Under the pieces are notes generated by a model. The model saw only the letters and a program-made list of their open reading frames with translations, was not told the origin of the DNA and searched no databases. DNA of 64,000 nucleotides from Alphaproteobacteria bacterium UBA7691. Lineage in GTDB: Bacteria; Pseudomonadota; Alphaproteobacteria; Ferrovibrionales; Ferrovibrionaceae. The DNA is taken from positions 11,212 to 75,211 of the forward strand of contig DLGP01000096.1 in NCBI GenBank assembly GCA_002482765.1, read 5' to 3'. The position numbers and the translations under genes are program-made. Positions 1-9,548 of this stretch are shown piece after piece; position 1 is the stretch's first letter; the number at the start of each line of letters is the position of its first letter.

Positions 1-1
1 C

Positions 2-925
2 GTGGCCGATCTGGCGGCGGGCCGGCTTGAGGGCTTGACGCTAGGCGATTATCTCGCCCGCGAAGGCTATTCCGAAAGCTTCATGCTGGATTATTTGCTG
101 CCCATGGGCGCGGCAATCTGGTCGGCGCCATTACGCGAGATGATGGCGTTTCCCGCCGTCACCTTCTGCCGTTTCTTCAGCAACCATGGCCTGCTCAGTG
201 TAAATAACCGGCCGCAATGGTCCACTGTGCTGGGCGGCAGCCGCGAATATGTGCGCCGCCTGCTGGCCGATAGCCGCAGCAGCCTCAATCTTTCCACCCC
301 GGTACACAGCCTGAGCCGCGCTGCAAACGGCATCACATTGCATACCGCAAAGGGTCCGGCCGGGCTGTTCGACCATGTGCTGCTGGCCTGCCATGGCGAC
401 CAGGCCTTGCGTATCCTTGGCAATGCCGCCACGGCACCGGAGCAGGATATTCTGGGCCAGTTCCGCTTCCAGGCCAACCGCGCCATCCTGCATCGTGATC
501 TGCGGCAGATGCCGGTGCGGCGCCGCGCCTGGGCCAGTTGGAATTATCTATCCGAGCCACGCCGCGACCTGGAGCGCCGCGTCGGCCTGACCTACTGGAT
601 GAACCTGCTGCAAAGCATTGACCATAGCCGCCCGCTTTTTGTCACCCTCAACCCGATTGAAGAGCCTGATCCGAAGTTGGTGTTTGCTCGTTTCGATTAT
701 GAGCATCCGCTGTTTGATCGCGCCGCTGTGGCGGCCCAAGGCCGCTTGCATGAGATTCAGGGCCGCGACCGGCTGTGGTATGCCGGTGCCTGGGCCGGTT
801 ATGGCTTCCATGAGGATGGCCTTACTGCCGGCTTGCGCGCCGCCATGACGCTGGATGCCGATCTGGCCGCGTCTCTCCCCTTCTCCGCCGACCTGACCCA
901 GCGGCGGCTTGAGGTGGCGGCATGA
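2..925 (+). CDS. FAD/NAD-dependent oxidoreductase (amine-oxidase-like, UfaD-like fatty acid desaturase), 5' truncated by window
   Basis: Motifs PMGAAIWS, FFSNHGLL, WASWNY, TYWMNLLQ, GAWAGYGFHEDG typical of the COG2907 family; upstream of DUF1365 and cfa-like genes. Confidence 0.85.
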   Translation: MADLAAGRLEGLTLGDYLAREGYSESFMLDYLLPMGAAIWSAPLREMMAFPAVTFCRFFSNHGLLSVNNRPQWSTVLGGSREYVRRLLADSRSSLNLSTPVHSLSRAANGITLHTAKGPAGLFDHVLLACHGDQALRILGNAATAPEQDILGQFRFQANRAILHRDLRQMPVRRRAWASWNYLSEPRRDLERRVGLTYWMNLLQSIDHSRPLFVTLNPIEEPDPKLVFARFDYEHPLFDRAAVAAQGRLHEIQGRDRLWYAGAWAGYGFHEDGLTAGLRAAMTLDADLAASLPFSADLTQRRLEVAA

Positions 926-1734
926 CGTCCATCGCCCTGGAACAGGCCGCGCTCTATCACTGCCGCGTAATGCATGAGCGGCTGCTGCCATTCCGGCACA
1001 AATTTGACTATCGCGTGTTTTCGCTGCTGCTTGATCTGGATGCGCTGCCGGCCTTCGCGGCAAACTCGCGCTTGTTCCGGCATAACCGTTTTGGCCTGCT
1101 GTCGTTCTTCGATAAGGATCACGGCCCGCGTGACGGCAGCCCTTTGCGCCCCTGGGTGGAAGCCATCCTGCACCAGCATGGTTTGCAGCACGCGGCGGCG
1201 CGTATCACGATCTTCTGTTTTCCGCGCCTCTACGGCTATGTGTTCAATCCGCTCAGCGTCTACTTCTGCCATGATGCACAAGGCCGGCTTGGCGCCATTC
1301 TCTACGAGGTGAAAAACACCTTCGGCGACCAGCATGGTTATCTCATTGCGGTGACGGAACAGGATGGCGTGTTGCACCATGGCGCGCCCAAGCAGTTCCA
1401 TGTCTCGCCCTTCATGCCGCTATCCGGTGACTACCAGTTCAGCATCCTGCCGCCGGGCGAGAAGATTGCCATCCATATCCGGCATGACGGCCCGGAAGGC
1501 CCGCGTCTGATCGCAACGCAGACCGGTCGGCGCGAAGCCTGCACCGATGGCGCCATGCTGAAAGCCATGCTGCGCCATCCGCTGATGACCTTGAAGGTGA
1601 TGGCAGCGATCCATTGGGAAGCGCTGCATCTGTGGCGCAAGGGCGCCCGTTTTTTCCGCCGGCCCGCGCCGCCGGCTTTGCCGGTGAGCCATACCCGGCC
1701 GATATGTGACGAACAGCCAGTTTCCGGGGAGTGA
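922..1734 (+). CDS. DUF1365 family protein (UfaO-like)
   Basis: H-x-R..P..H.F.Y, GYVFNPLSVYFC, EVKNTFG, K.FHVSPF, IHWEALHLW motifs; ATGA overlap with the upstream gene. Confidence 0.9.
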   Translation: MTSIALEQAALYHCRVMHERLLPFRHKFDYRVFSLLLDLDALPAFAANSRLFRHNRFGLLSFFDKDHGPRDGSPLRPWVEAILHQHGLQHAAARITIFCFPRLYGYVFNPLSVYFCHDAQGRLGAILYEVKNTFGDQHGYLIAVTEQDGVLHHGAPKQFHVSPFMPLSGDYQFSILPPGEKIAIHIRHDGPEGPRLIATQTGRREACTDGAMLKAMLRHPLMTLKVMAAIHWEALHLWRKGARFFRRPAPPALPVSHTRPICDEQPVSGE

Positions 1735-1737
1735 TTG

Positions 1738-3039
1738 ATGAGCGACTATGTGGCGGATCAAAAGGGCGATTATGGGCTGGGTACAGCGGCCGCTGAACGG
1801 CGCGGCAATCCGCCGGCCGCAGCCATTGAACTGACCTGCCCACAGGATGCGCTGCGCCTCAACAATCTCGACCGCTGGACCCGGCTGATGCTGTCGCTGG
1901 CGCCACATATGTCGCGCGGTTCGATCACCATCGGCCTGACCGATGGCCGCCGCGTGGTGGCGCGCGGCAAACTGCCGGGGCCGGATGCCGAGATCACCCT
2001 GCGCAACAACCGCTTCCCCAAGCGTATGCTGCTGGGTGGCAATCTCGGCGTTGGCCAGTCCTTCATGGAAGCCGATTATGATTGCGACGATATCGGCCTG
2101 CTGGCGCATTGGGCCTGCGTCAATACCGAGCTGGACGACACGCTGATGGGCAAGCCCTGGCTGCGCGTGCTGCGCCGCATTGCCTTCGCCTTTGCCAACA
2201 ACACCAAGCGCGGCAGCCGCCGCAACATCGCCTACCATTACGATCTCGGCAACAATTTCTACAGCCAGTGGCTTGATCCATCGATGACCTATTCCTCGGC
2301 GATCTACAGCCATGAGGGCCAGGCATTGGAAGCCGCCCAAGCCGCCAAATACCGGCGCCTGGCCGGCGAGGTCTTGCAGTTGCAGCCGGGCCAGCGCGTG
2401 CTGGAAGTGGGCTGCGGCTGGGGCGGCTTTGCCGAACTGGCGGCCAAGGAATTCGGCGCCCAGGTGCATGGCATTACGATCAGCCGCGAGCAGCATGATT
2501 ACGCCCAGCGCCGCATCTTCGAAGCCGGCCTGGCAGACAAGGTGACAATTGAACTGCGCGATTACCGCGATACAACAGGGCAATACGACGCCATCGCTTC
2601 CATCGAGATGATCGAAGCCGTGGGCGAGAAATTCTGGCCGGCCTATTTCGGCATGCTGCGCCAGCGGCTGGCGCCGCAAGGCCGCGTTGGCTTGCAGGCG
2701 ATTGTGATCCAGGACAAATATTTTGAGGCCTATCGCGGCACGATGGATTTTATCCAGGCCTATATCTTCCCGGGCGGCATGTTGCTGGCGCCTCAGGTGA
2801 TCCGCGACCACGCCGCCGCAGCGGGCATGAAAATGACGCGCAGCGACGGCTTTGCGCTGGATTATGCCCGCACCCTGCGCGAATGGACCGAGCATTTCCA
2901 GGCCGCCTGGCCGCAGATCCGCGCGCTCGGCTTCGACGAACGCTTCCGCCGCATGTGGCTCTACTATCTCGGCTCCTGCGAGGGTGGCTTCCGCGCCAAC
3001 TGCATCGATGTGCTTCAGCTCAGGCTTGATCTGGCCTGA
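1738..3039 (+). CDS. cfa: Cyclopropane-fatty-acyl-phospholipid synthase family SAM methyltransferase (Cfa/UfaM-like)
   Basis: NIAYHYDLGN.FY, MTYSSA, LEVGCGWG, SIEMIEAVG, YIFPGG motifs. Confidence 0.9.
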   Translation: MSDYVADQKGDYGLGTAAAERRGNPPAAAIELTCPQDALRLNNLDRWTRLMLSLAPHMSRGSITIGLTDGRRVVARGKLPGPDAEITLRNNRFPKRMLLGGNLGVGQSFMEADYDCDDIGLLAHWACVNTELDDTLMGKPWLRVLRRIAFAFANNTKRGSRRNIAYHYDLGNNFYSQWLDPSMTYSSAIYSHEGQALEAAQAAKYRRLAGEVLQLQPGQRVLEVGCGWGGFAELAAKEFGAQVHGITISREQHDYAQRRIFEAGLADKVTIELRDYRDTTGQYDAIASIEMIEAVGEKFWPAYFGMLRQRLAPQGRVGLQAIVIQDKYFEAYRGTMDFIQAYIFPGGMLLAPQVIRDHAAAAGMKMTRSDGFALDYARTLREWTEHFQAAWPQIRALGFDERFRRMWLYYLGSCEGGFRANCIDVLQLRLDLA

Positions 3040-3076
3040 GGCGCATACCGTTCAAAACGGCACAGGCAGCCAAATT

Positions 3077-3541
3077 TTAGATTTGCACCGCCAAGCGGCG
3101 CCGCAGCCAGCGCACCACGGCGCCGATCAGCGGCAGGCGGGCATAAAACTGGCTGCCCGAATCCCAATGATCGAGATGCGCCGCCACCTTGCCGGCCGGG
3201 GTGAAATGAAGCTCTGAAACCCCCACCACTTCCCATGGCTGCGCTGGATTAAGCCGGGTCGGCTTGAAAAAGAAACGCCAGGTCAGAAAGGCGGTTGCCT
3301 CCTGGCGCACCACGCTATCAATGATGAAGCGCATCTCGCTGCAATCCTCGAAGGATGCCTCGAATACCCGCCGCATCGCAGCCAGGCCGCGCACATCATT
3401 GAATGGATCGCGGAAATGCACATCGGCTGCCACCAAGTCGCCCAACCGCGCCAGGCTGGCCGGCGCCAATGTCTCAAAAAAGCCGATATAGGCTTGCAGG
3501 CCCTCGGCAATCGCATCCTGTTCTATGGTGATGGCTGTCAT
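3077..3541 (-). CDS. SnoaL-like / NTF2 family protein
   Basis: DVHFRDPFNDVRG and H.DHWD motifs; typical member of sigmaE-regulated lipid clusters. Confidence 0.85.
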   Translation of the reverse strand: MTAITIEQDAIAEGLQAYIGFFETLAPASLARLGDLVAADVHFRDPFNDVRGLAAMRRVFEASFEDCSEMRFIIDSVVRQEATAFLTWRFFFKPTRLNPAQPWEVVGVSELHFTPAGKVAAHLDHWDSGSQFYARLPLIGAVVRWLRRRLAVQI

Positions 3542-4299
3542 TTGGTTGCCCTTCCCACCAAGGGGAAATAGAGCACATAGGGCAGCAGGCGAAGGAATTT
3601 CAGGATATAGGCAAAGCGGCGTGGAAACACGATCTCGAAGGCCGTGCCATGCTCCAGCGCCTGATATAGCCGCTCGGCGGCTTGCTCCACATCCATCAGG
3701 AAGGGCATCGGAAAATCATTCTGGTCGGTGAGCGGCGTGCGCACAAAACCGGGATTGACCAGGCGCATGCGGATACCGGCAGGCTCCAGTTCCAGGCGCA
3801 GGCTCTCGGTCATGTTGATCAAGGCCGCCTTGCTGGCGCCATAGGCGGCTGCTTTCGGCAGGCCACGATAGCCGGCGAGTGACGCATTCACCGCGATCTG
3901 GCCCTGGCCACGCGCCAGCATGCGCGGCAGCAAGGCTTCCAGGCAATGCGCCACGGTCATCACATTGGCTTCCAGCAAATCGGAAACCGTGGCGGCACTG
4001 AATTGTGCTGCCGGGCTGGGCCGGTGTGTACCGGCATTCAACACCGCCAGCCGGATCGGGCCGCTGCTGCGCTCGATCGCCGCCACCAGCGCCTCGGCCT
4101 GGCCGGCCAGGGCCAAGTCGCCGGGATGAACATGGAAATGCCCCGGCTTGCCAACACCGGCCAGCGCTACATCGGTGAGCGTATCCACCCGCCGCGCCGT
4201 GCCGGCCACGTTGGCGCCAGCCGCCAGATAGCGCAAAGCCAGGGCCCGCCCCAGACCAGAGCCGGCGCCGGTGATCCACACACTGCCCGGCTCTGCCAT
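3538..4299 (-). CDS. Short-chain dehydrogenase/reductase
   Basis: TGAGSGLG, NAG, YGASK, PGFVRT motifs. Confidence 0.93.
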   Translation of the reverse strand: MAEPGSVWITGAGSGLGRALALRYLAAGANVAGTARRVDTLTDVALAGVGKPGHFHVHPGDLALAGQAEALVAAIERSSGPIRLAVLNAGTHRPSPAAQFSAATVSDLLEANVMTVAHCLEALLPRMLARGQGQIAVNASLAGYRGLPKAAAYGASKAALINMTESLRLELEPAGIRMRLVNPGFVRTPLTDQNDFPMPFLMDVEQAAERLYQALEHGTAFEIVFPRRFAYILKFLRLLPYVLYFPLVGRATK

Positions 4300-4302
4300 G
4301 CT

Positions 4303-4953
4303 TCACTCCTGCAAGCGGTAATCGATCACCGAGCCATCGCTGGCGCCAAACCTAGTTTTGGCCCAGCGCTGTTGCGGGTCGTACCAGATTTCCAGCCGCA
4401 GATCGCCATCCAGCCGATAGCGCCGCGAACCCGGCGGCACACCATCCTCCGGCTTGCTGGGCAACGGCGCCACCTGCACTTTCAGCAGCCGGCCATTCTG
4501 GGTATCCAGCAGCAGGTCACGATTTGGAAAGCTGCTGTTCCAGTAGCTGGTGGGCATGATATCGGCCGGCGCCAGGCCGCGATATTTGCTGCCATCCACC
4601 TTCAGCTTGCCATCCTGCGCCGCCTCAGCCTTGAGATATTGCTGCTCGCCATCGTCGTCAGTATTGGAAACCAGCCGCATCAGGCGGTTATCGCGCCACA
4701 ATTCTTCGGATTGATGATGGTAATGGTAGACTGGCAGAAAACCCGCCAGCCGCACGATCAGGGATATATCCACCTTTACCCGCGTCTCGGCGCCATCACG
4801 GGTGACGCTGACACGGTGATGACCGATATCATCGCCTTTGCGGAAAGCACGGAAGGCCCGGGTTTCGGTCTCGCCAGCCCAGGTGCTATCGCCCCAGGCG
4901 CAGAGGCCGGCCAGCAGCAACAGGGCAAATTTCAGGAAGCGATTCTGGCCCAT
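4303..4953 (-). CDS. Secreted protein, DUF6134-like
   Basis: Signal peptide, G..IG.H, Y.Y.H.S.E.W and PTSYWN pattern. Confidence 0.7.
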   Translation of the reverse strand: MGQNRFLKFALLLLAGLCAWGDSTWAGETETRAFRAFRKGDDIGHHRVSVTRDGAETRVKVDISLIVRLAGFLPVYHYHHQSEELWRDNRLMRLVSNTDDDGEQQYLKAEAAQDGKLKVDGSKYRGLAPADIMPTSYWNSSFPNRDLLLDTQNGRLLKVQVAPLPSKPEDGVPPGSRRYRLDGDLRLEIWYDPQQRWAKTRFGASDGSVIDYRLQE

Positions 4954-5702
4954 TGATTGAATATCCAGCCGAACGCACCGCGGAAACGCAGCGGTGCGTC
5001 GGTCACCGCCAGGCAGATACAGGGCTGATCACGCATCGCCACCGGGCGATGTTCCACATTGCCATCGGCAAATTCCACATCGCCACGCAGGAAGGCGCCG
5101 CGCTCGTCGGTGAAGCCGCCGCTCAGCACCAGGGTAAGCTCCTCGCCGCCATGGCTATGCACCGGCATGGCTGAGCCCGGTGCGATGCGCAAAAGACTGA
5201 CCATGCCGCCCTTGGCCTTGGGCAGTTGCAACGCCACCGAATGCAGCCCGGCGCCGCTCCAGCGCCAGGGCAGATCGGCTAGTCCATTGCCGCTATTCTC
5301 GGGCAGATAAGCCGCCAGGGGGCGCGGCAGGGCCTTGCCATCATAGCTGGCCGGCACGGGCGCTTCCTGCTGTGCCTTATAGGCCATGCCGGGATTGAGG
5401 CCCGGCGCGGCGCCCGGCCGGCCCGGCTCCAGCCGGCGCAAAACCGCCTCCAGGCTGGCATCATGCAAAGCTGCGGGTTCGGCCTGATCCAGCAAACCGC
5501 CCGCGGCGGCCTCGATGGCGCGCAACTCGGCCCGGCAATGCGGGCAAAAGGTCAGATGGCATGCCACCGCCAGCGACCAGGCTTCAGACAGGGTGCCGCT
5601 GGCGTAATCAAGCAGCAACGCAGCCGGAATATGATGCCGGGGTGCGAAGTCTGGTGCGGCCTGAGAAGCCGCGATGTCTCGGGTCTGGGTCAACTTTGCC
5701 AA
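4932..5702 (-). CDS. chrR: ChrR-family anti-sigmaE factor (ZAS domain + cupin)
   Basis: HH..LLDYASG.L..A.SL.VACHL.FCPHC zinc anti-sigma motif; C-terminal cupin H.H.GEELTLVL.G. Confidence 0.92.
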   Translation of the reverse strand: MAKLTQTRDIAASQAAPDFAPRHHIPAALLLDYASGTLSEAWSLAVACHLTFCPHCRAELRAIEAAAGGLLDQAEPAALHDASLEAVLRRLEPGRPGAAPGLNPGMAYKAQQEAPVPASYDGKALPRPLAAYLPENSGNGLADLPWRWSGAGLHSVALQLPKAKGGMVSLLRIAPGSAMPVHSHGGEELTLVLSGGFTDERGAFLRGDVEFADGNVEHRPVAMRDQPCICLAVTDAPLRFRGAFGWIFNQWARIAS

Positions 5703-5727
5703 GCCTTCCAGGATGAATTACACATTA

Positions 5728-5753
5728 TACGCCTTACCCGACAAAATGGATCA
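5728..5753 (-). promoter_or_regulatory. SigmaE (RpoE/ChrR type) promoter TGATCC-N15-GCGTA
   Basis: Minus strand reads TGATCC-ATTTTGTCGGGTAAG-GCGTA, 25 bp upstream of the chrR TTG; matches the alphaproteobacterial RpoE consensus. Confidence 0.85.
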
Positions 5754-5781
5754 ATCGGCAAGCGAGTCAAACCTTTCTGCC

Positions 5782-6228
5782 ATGCGTTTCTTCTTCTACG
5801 GCACTTTATGCGATCCGGATGTGTTGAGCCTGGTTTTGGGCTACCAGCCGGCGCGGCGACAATTGGCCCCGGCCACCCTGCCCGGATTCCGCCGCAAAGT
5901 GGCGCTCGGCCAGGATGGCAGGCGCAGCTATCCGGTGCTGCTGCCGGCGCCCGGCGGCTTGGTGCAGGGCCAGCTTTTCACCCCGCGCAGCCCGGAAGAC
6001 AGCCGCCGCCTGACTGCCTATGAGGGGCCGGAATACCGCACCCGGCAGCGGCTGGTGCGCACCCGGCGCGGCCAATGCGCGGCGCGGCTGTTCCTGCCCA
6101 GCCCGGGCAGCCTGCGCGCCGCCCTGGCCGATTGGCACCTGCCGGCCTGGCGCCAGCACCACAAAGCCGGCTTCATGGCCCACCTGAAACAGCAAAGCGA
6201 GTCGGAGATTCCATGCGCAAACCCGTGA
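5782..6228 (+). CDS. Gamma-glutamylcyclotransferase (AIG2-like) family protein
   Basis: FFYGTL..., YP.L, L.AYEG.EY motifs. Confidence 0.85.
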   Translation: MRFFFYGTLCDPDVLSLVLGYQPARRQLAPATLPGFRRKVALGQDGRRSYPVLLPAPGGLVQGQLFTPRSPEDSRRLTAYEGPEYRTRQRLVRTRRGQCAARLFLPSPGSLRAALADWHLPAWRQHHKAGFMAHLKQQSESEIPCANP

Positions 6229-6854
6229 ACCAGGGCCAGCCCTTGCCGGTGGAAGTGCTTGAGCAGAAGGCAGCCTTCCGTGGCCATCTCAAGGTGGATG
6301 AGTTCCGCCTGCGCCATGGCCTGTTTGGCGGCGGCATGAGCGGCGAGATGCTGCGCGAGGTGATGTGGCGCGGCGATGCCGTGGTGGTGGTGCCCTATGA
6401 TCCGCTGCGTGACGAGCTGGTGCTGATCGAACAATTCCGCCCGGCGGTGTTTTACAATGGCGATCCGGCCTGGATGGTGGAAATGGTGGCCGGGCTGATC
6501 GAGGACGGCGAAACACTGGAAGAAGTGGCCCTGCGTGAATTGCAGGAGGAAAGCGGCCTCACCACCACCAGCCCGCTGCTGCCGATCACCAAGACCTACT
6601 CCACCCCCGGCTTCAGCAGCGAGCGGTTCCACATGTTCTGCGCCCGGGTGGATGCCAGCCAGGCGCGCGGCATCCATGGCTTGGATAACGAGCATGAGGA
6701 TATCCGGGTATTCTCCCTGCCCTTTGCCGAAGCCTATGCCCGCTGGCAGGCCGGCGGCATGGCCAATACACCATGCAACATCGGCATCCTGTGGCTTGCG
6801 CTGCACCGCAAAAAACTACAGCAGGAATGGGCCAATCCACATGGCTTGCCCTGA
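6213..6854 (+). CDS. nudF: ADP-ribose pyrophosphatase (NUDIX)
   Basis: VLIEQFR, AGLIEDGE...ALRELQEESG Nudix box, HGLDNEHEDIRV. Confidence 0.9.
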   Translation: MRKPVNQGQPLPVEVLEQKAAFRGHLKVDEFRLRHGLFGGGMSGEMLREVMWRGDAVVVVPYDPLRDELVLIEQFRPAVFYNGDPAWMVEMVAGLIEDGETLEEVALRELQEESGLTTTSPLLPITKTYSTPGFSSERFHMFCARVDASQARGIHGLDNEHEDIRVFSLPFAEAYARWQAGGMANTPCNIGILWLALHRKKLQQEWANPHGLP

Positions 6855-6904
6855 TCCCGGGGGGCCGGTATAGACTGATCCTCAGCAGATGAGGATGTGC
6901 CCTG

Positions 6905-7906
6905 ATGGATTACCGTAACGGCTTTATCGAAAGCATCGGCAACACGCCCCTGATAAAGTTGCGGCGGGCGTCGGAACTGACCGGCTGCACCATTCTGGGC
7001 AAGGCGGAATTCCTTAATCCGGGTGGTTCGGTCAAGGACCGCGCCGCGCTTTATATTGTGCGCGATGCCGAAGCCAAGGGCCTGCTGCGGCCGGGCGGCA
7101 CCATTGTGGAAGGCACCGCAGGCAATACCGGCATCGGCCTGGCCCTGGTGGGCAATGCGCTGGGCTACCGCACCGTGATCGTGATGCCGGATACCCAGAG
7201 CCAGGAAAAGAAGGATTTTCTGCGCCTGTGCGGCGCTGATCTGCGCCTGGTGCCGGCCGTGCCGTATAAAGACCCGAACAATTACGTGAAATATTCCGGC
7301 CGCTTGGCCGAGGAACTGGCCGCCAGTGAGCCGAATGGCGCAATCTGGGCCAACCAGTTCGATAATGTGGCCAACCGCGAAGCGCATTATCACACAACCG
7401 GGCCGGAAATCTGGCAGCAGACCGACGGCAAGGTGGATGGCTTCACCTGCGCGGTTGGTTCCGGCGGCACCTTTGCCGGCATCCTGCTGGCGCTGAAACA
7501 GCGCAATCCAAAAATCCGCGTGGCGCTGGCCGACCCGATGGGCGCTGCGCTCTACAATTTTTACAAGCATGGTGAATTGAAGGCCGAGGGCAGTTCGATC
7601 ACCGAGGGCATCGGCCAGGGCCGCATCACGGCCAATCTGGAGGGCATCACCCCCGACGACGCCTTCCAGATCCCCGATGACGAAGCCCTGCCGGTGGTGT
7701 TTGACCTGCTTCAGCATGAAGGCCTGGTGCTTGGCTCGTCGAGTGGCATTAACGTGGCCGCCGCCATCCGGCTAGCCAAGCAGATGGGGCCGGGGCACAC
7801 TATTGTCACCATCCTGTGCGATGGCGGTGCGCGCTACGCCAGCAAATTGTTCAACCCGGACTTCCTGCGCAGCAAGAACCTGCCGATCCCGCCCTGGATG
7901 AGCTGA
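6905..7906 (+). CDS. cysK: Cysteine synthase A
   Basis: IGNTPL, NPGGSVKDR (PLP lysine), EGTAGNTG, GSGGT, EGIG. Confidence 0.95.
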   Translation: MDYRNGFIESIGNTPLIKLRRASELTGCTILGKAEFLNPGGSVKDRAALYIVRDAEAKGLLRPGGTIVEGTAGNTGIGLALVGNALGYRTVIVMPDTQSQEKKDFLRLCGADLRLVPAVPYKDPNNYVKYSGRLAEELAASEPNGAIWANQFDNVANREAHYHTTGPEIWQQTDGKVDGFTCAVGSGGTFAGILLALKQRNPKIRVALADPMGAALYNFYKHGELKAEGSSITEGIGQGRITANLEGITPDDAFQIPDDEALPVVFDLLQHEGLVLGSSSGINVAAAIRLAKQMGPGHTIVTILCDGGARYASKLFNPDFLRSKNLPIPPWMS

Positions 7907-7929
7907 AGCCGCCGAGGATACCGCGCCCC

Positions 7930-8652
7930 ATGACCAGTTTCCTGTTCCGTGACGATGCTTACCTGACCGAATGCCCTGCCACGGTTACGGCAGTGGATGA
8001 GCGCGGCTTTCAGACCGATGCCACCGTGTTCTACCCGCTGGGTGGCGGCCAGCCCGGTGATATCGGCCAGTTTGTTTTGGAAAACGGCGAAACCGTTGAC
8101 GTGACCGATACCGTGAAGGGTGACGGCCCGGATGGCATCATCCACAAGCCCGGCGCCGGCAGCGCGGCGCTTAAAGTGGGCGCCAGCGGCATCCTGAAAC
8201 TGGATTGGGCGCGGCGCCACCGGCTGATGCGCATGCATACCTGCCTGCATCTGCTGTCAGTGCTGGTGCCCTTCCCGGTCACCGGCGGCCAGGTGAGCGA
8301 CGGCAAGGGCAGGCTGGATTTTGACATGGCCGACCAGATTCCGGACAAGGACACGCTGACGGCCAAGCTGAACGAACTGATCCAGGCCGATCTGGCCGTG
8401 ACGGCGCGCTGGATCACCGATGAGGAAATGCTAAATAGCCCTGAACTGGTAAAGACCATGGCGGTGAAGCCGCCGATGGGCCTGGGCCGGGTGCGGCTGA
8501 TCGAAGTGGCCGGCCAGGACAAGCCGCTGGACCTGCAAGCCTGCGGTGGTACGCATGTGGCCCGCACTGGCGAGATTGGCCCGGTGCTGGTGCGCAAGGT
8601 GGAAAACAAGGGCCGGCAGAACCGGCGTGTCAATCTGGAATTCGCCGCCTGA
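7930..8652 (+). CDS. alaX: Alanyl-tRNA editing protein AlaX
   Basis: FYP.GGGQPGD.G, MRMHT.LHLL, ACGGTH zinc motifs. Confidence 0.92.
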   Translation: MTSFLFRDDAYLTECPATVTAVDERGFQTDATVFYPLGGGQPGDIGQFVLENGETVDVTDTVKGDGPDGIIHKPGAGSAALKVGASGILKLDWARRHRLMRMHTCLHLLSVLVPFPVTGGQVSDGKGRLDFDMADQIPDKDTLTAKLNELIQADLAVTARWITDEEMLNSPELVKTMAVKPPMGLGRVRLIEVAGQDKPLDLQACGGTHVARTGEIGPVLVRKVENKGRQNRRVNLEFAA

Positions 8653-8674
8653 GGCGGCTTGCTGGGGACAATTC

Positions 8675-9529
8675 ATGAGCTATGCGAATCCCGATGCGCT
8701 GGTAAGCACCGAATGGCTGGCCGAACATCTGCGTGCACCCGACCTGCGGGTTGTTGATGCCTCCTGGTATCTGCCGGCCTTGAAGCGCGACCCGAAGCGC
8801 GAATATGCCGAACGCCATATCCCGGGCGCGGTCTATTTTGACCTGGACGACATTTCCGACAGCAACGATCCGCTGCCGCATATGCTGCCGCCGCTGGAGA
8901 AATTCGCCTCGCGCATGCGCCGCATGGGTATTGGCGATGGCAACCGCGTGGTGGTGTATGATGGTTCCGACAACCACGTTTCGGCGCCACGCGCCTGGTG
9001 GATGTTCCGCGTCTTCGGCCATGCCGATGTGGCGGTGCTGAATGGTGGCCTGAAAAAATGGCTGGCCGAGGGCCGCGCGGTGGAAGACCTGCCGCCGCTG
9101 CCGCGCGAACGGCATTACACCGCGCGACGCAACGACCTGCTGGTGCGCGATGCCGAGCAGCTTAAGGCCAACCTGACCAGCAAGCGCGAACAGGTGCTGG
9201 ATGCCCGCTCGACCGGCCGCTTCAACGGCACCGAAGCCGAGCCGCGCGCCGGCCTGCGCGGCGGTCATATCCCGGGCTCGCTGAGCCTGCCGCATGCCAC
9301 CTTGACCGATCCCGCAACCGGCCTGATCAAGGATGCCGATGCGCTGCGCAAGCTGTTTGTCGATGCCGGCATCGACATGAACCGCCCGGTGGTGACCACC
9401 TGCGGCTCCGGTGTCACCGCCTCCGGCCTTGCCCTGGCGCTGCATCTGCTGGGCCATCGCCAGTTTGCGGTCTATGACGGCTCGTGGTCGGAATGGGGCG
9501 CCCGCGCCGACCTGCCGGTCGAACGCTGA
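8675..9529 (+). CDS. sseA: 3-mercaptopyruvate sulfurtransferase / rhodanese
   Basis: HIPGA, PHMLP, CGSGVTA active-site loop, YDGSWSEW. Confidence 0.95.
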   Translation: MSYANPDALVSTEWLAEHLRAPDLRVVDASWYLPALKRDPKREYAERHIPGAVYFDLDDISDSNDPLPHMLPPLEKFASRMRRMGIGDGNRVVVYDGSDNHVSAPRAWWMFRVFGHADVAVLNGGLKKWLAEGRAVEDLPPLPRERHYTARRNDLLVRDAEQLKANLTSKREQVLDARSTGRFNGTEAEPRAGLRGGHIPGSLSLPHATLTDPATGLIKDADALRKLFVDAGIDMNRPVVTTCGSGVTASGLALALHLLGHRQFAVYDGSWSEWGARADLPVER

Positions 9530-9548
9530 TACCAGCCGGGCGGCGCTG

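Noticed and set aside
1420-2895. Long antisense ORFs (e.g. 1420-2895, 16820-18223, 22472-23839, 27764-30031)
   Set aside because: Shadow frames of well-supported genes in GC-rich DNA; no recognisable motifs
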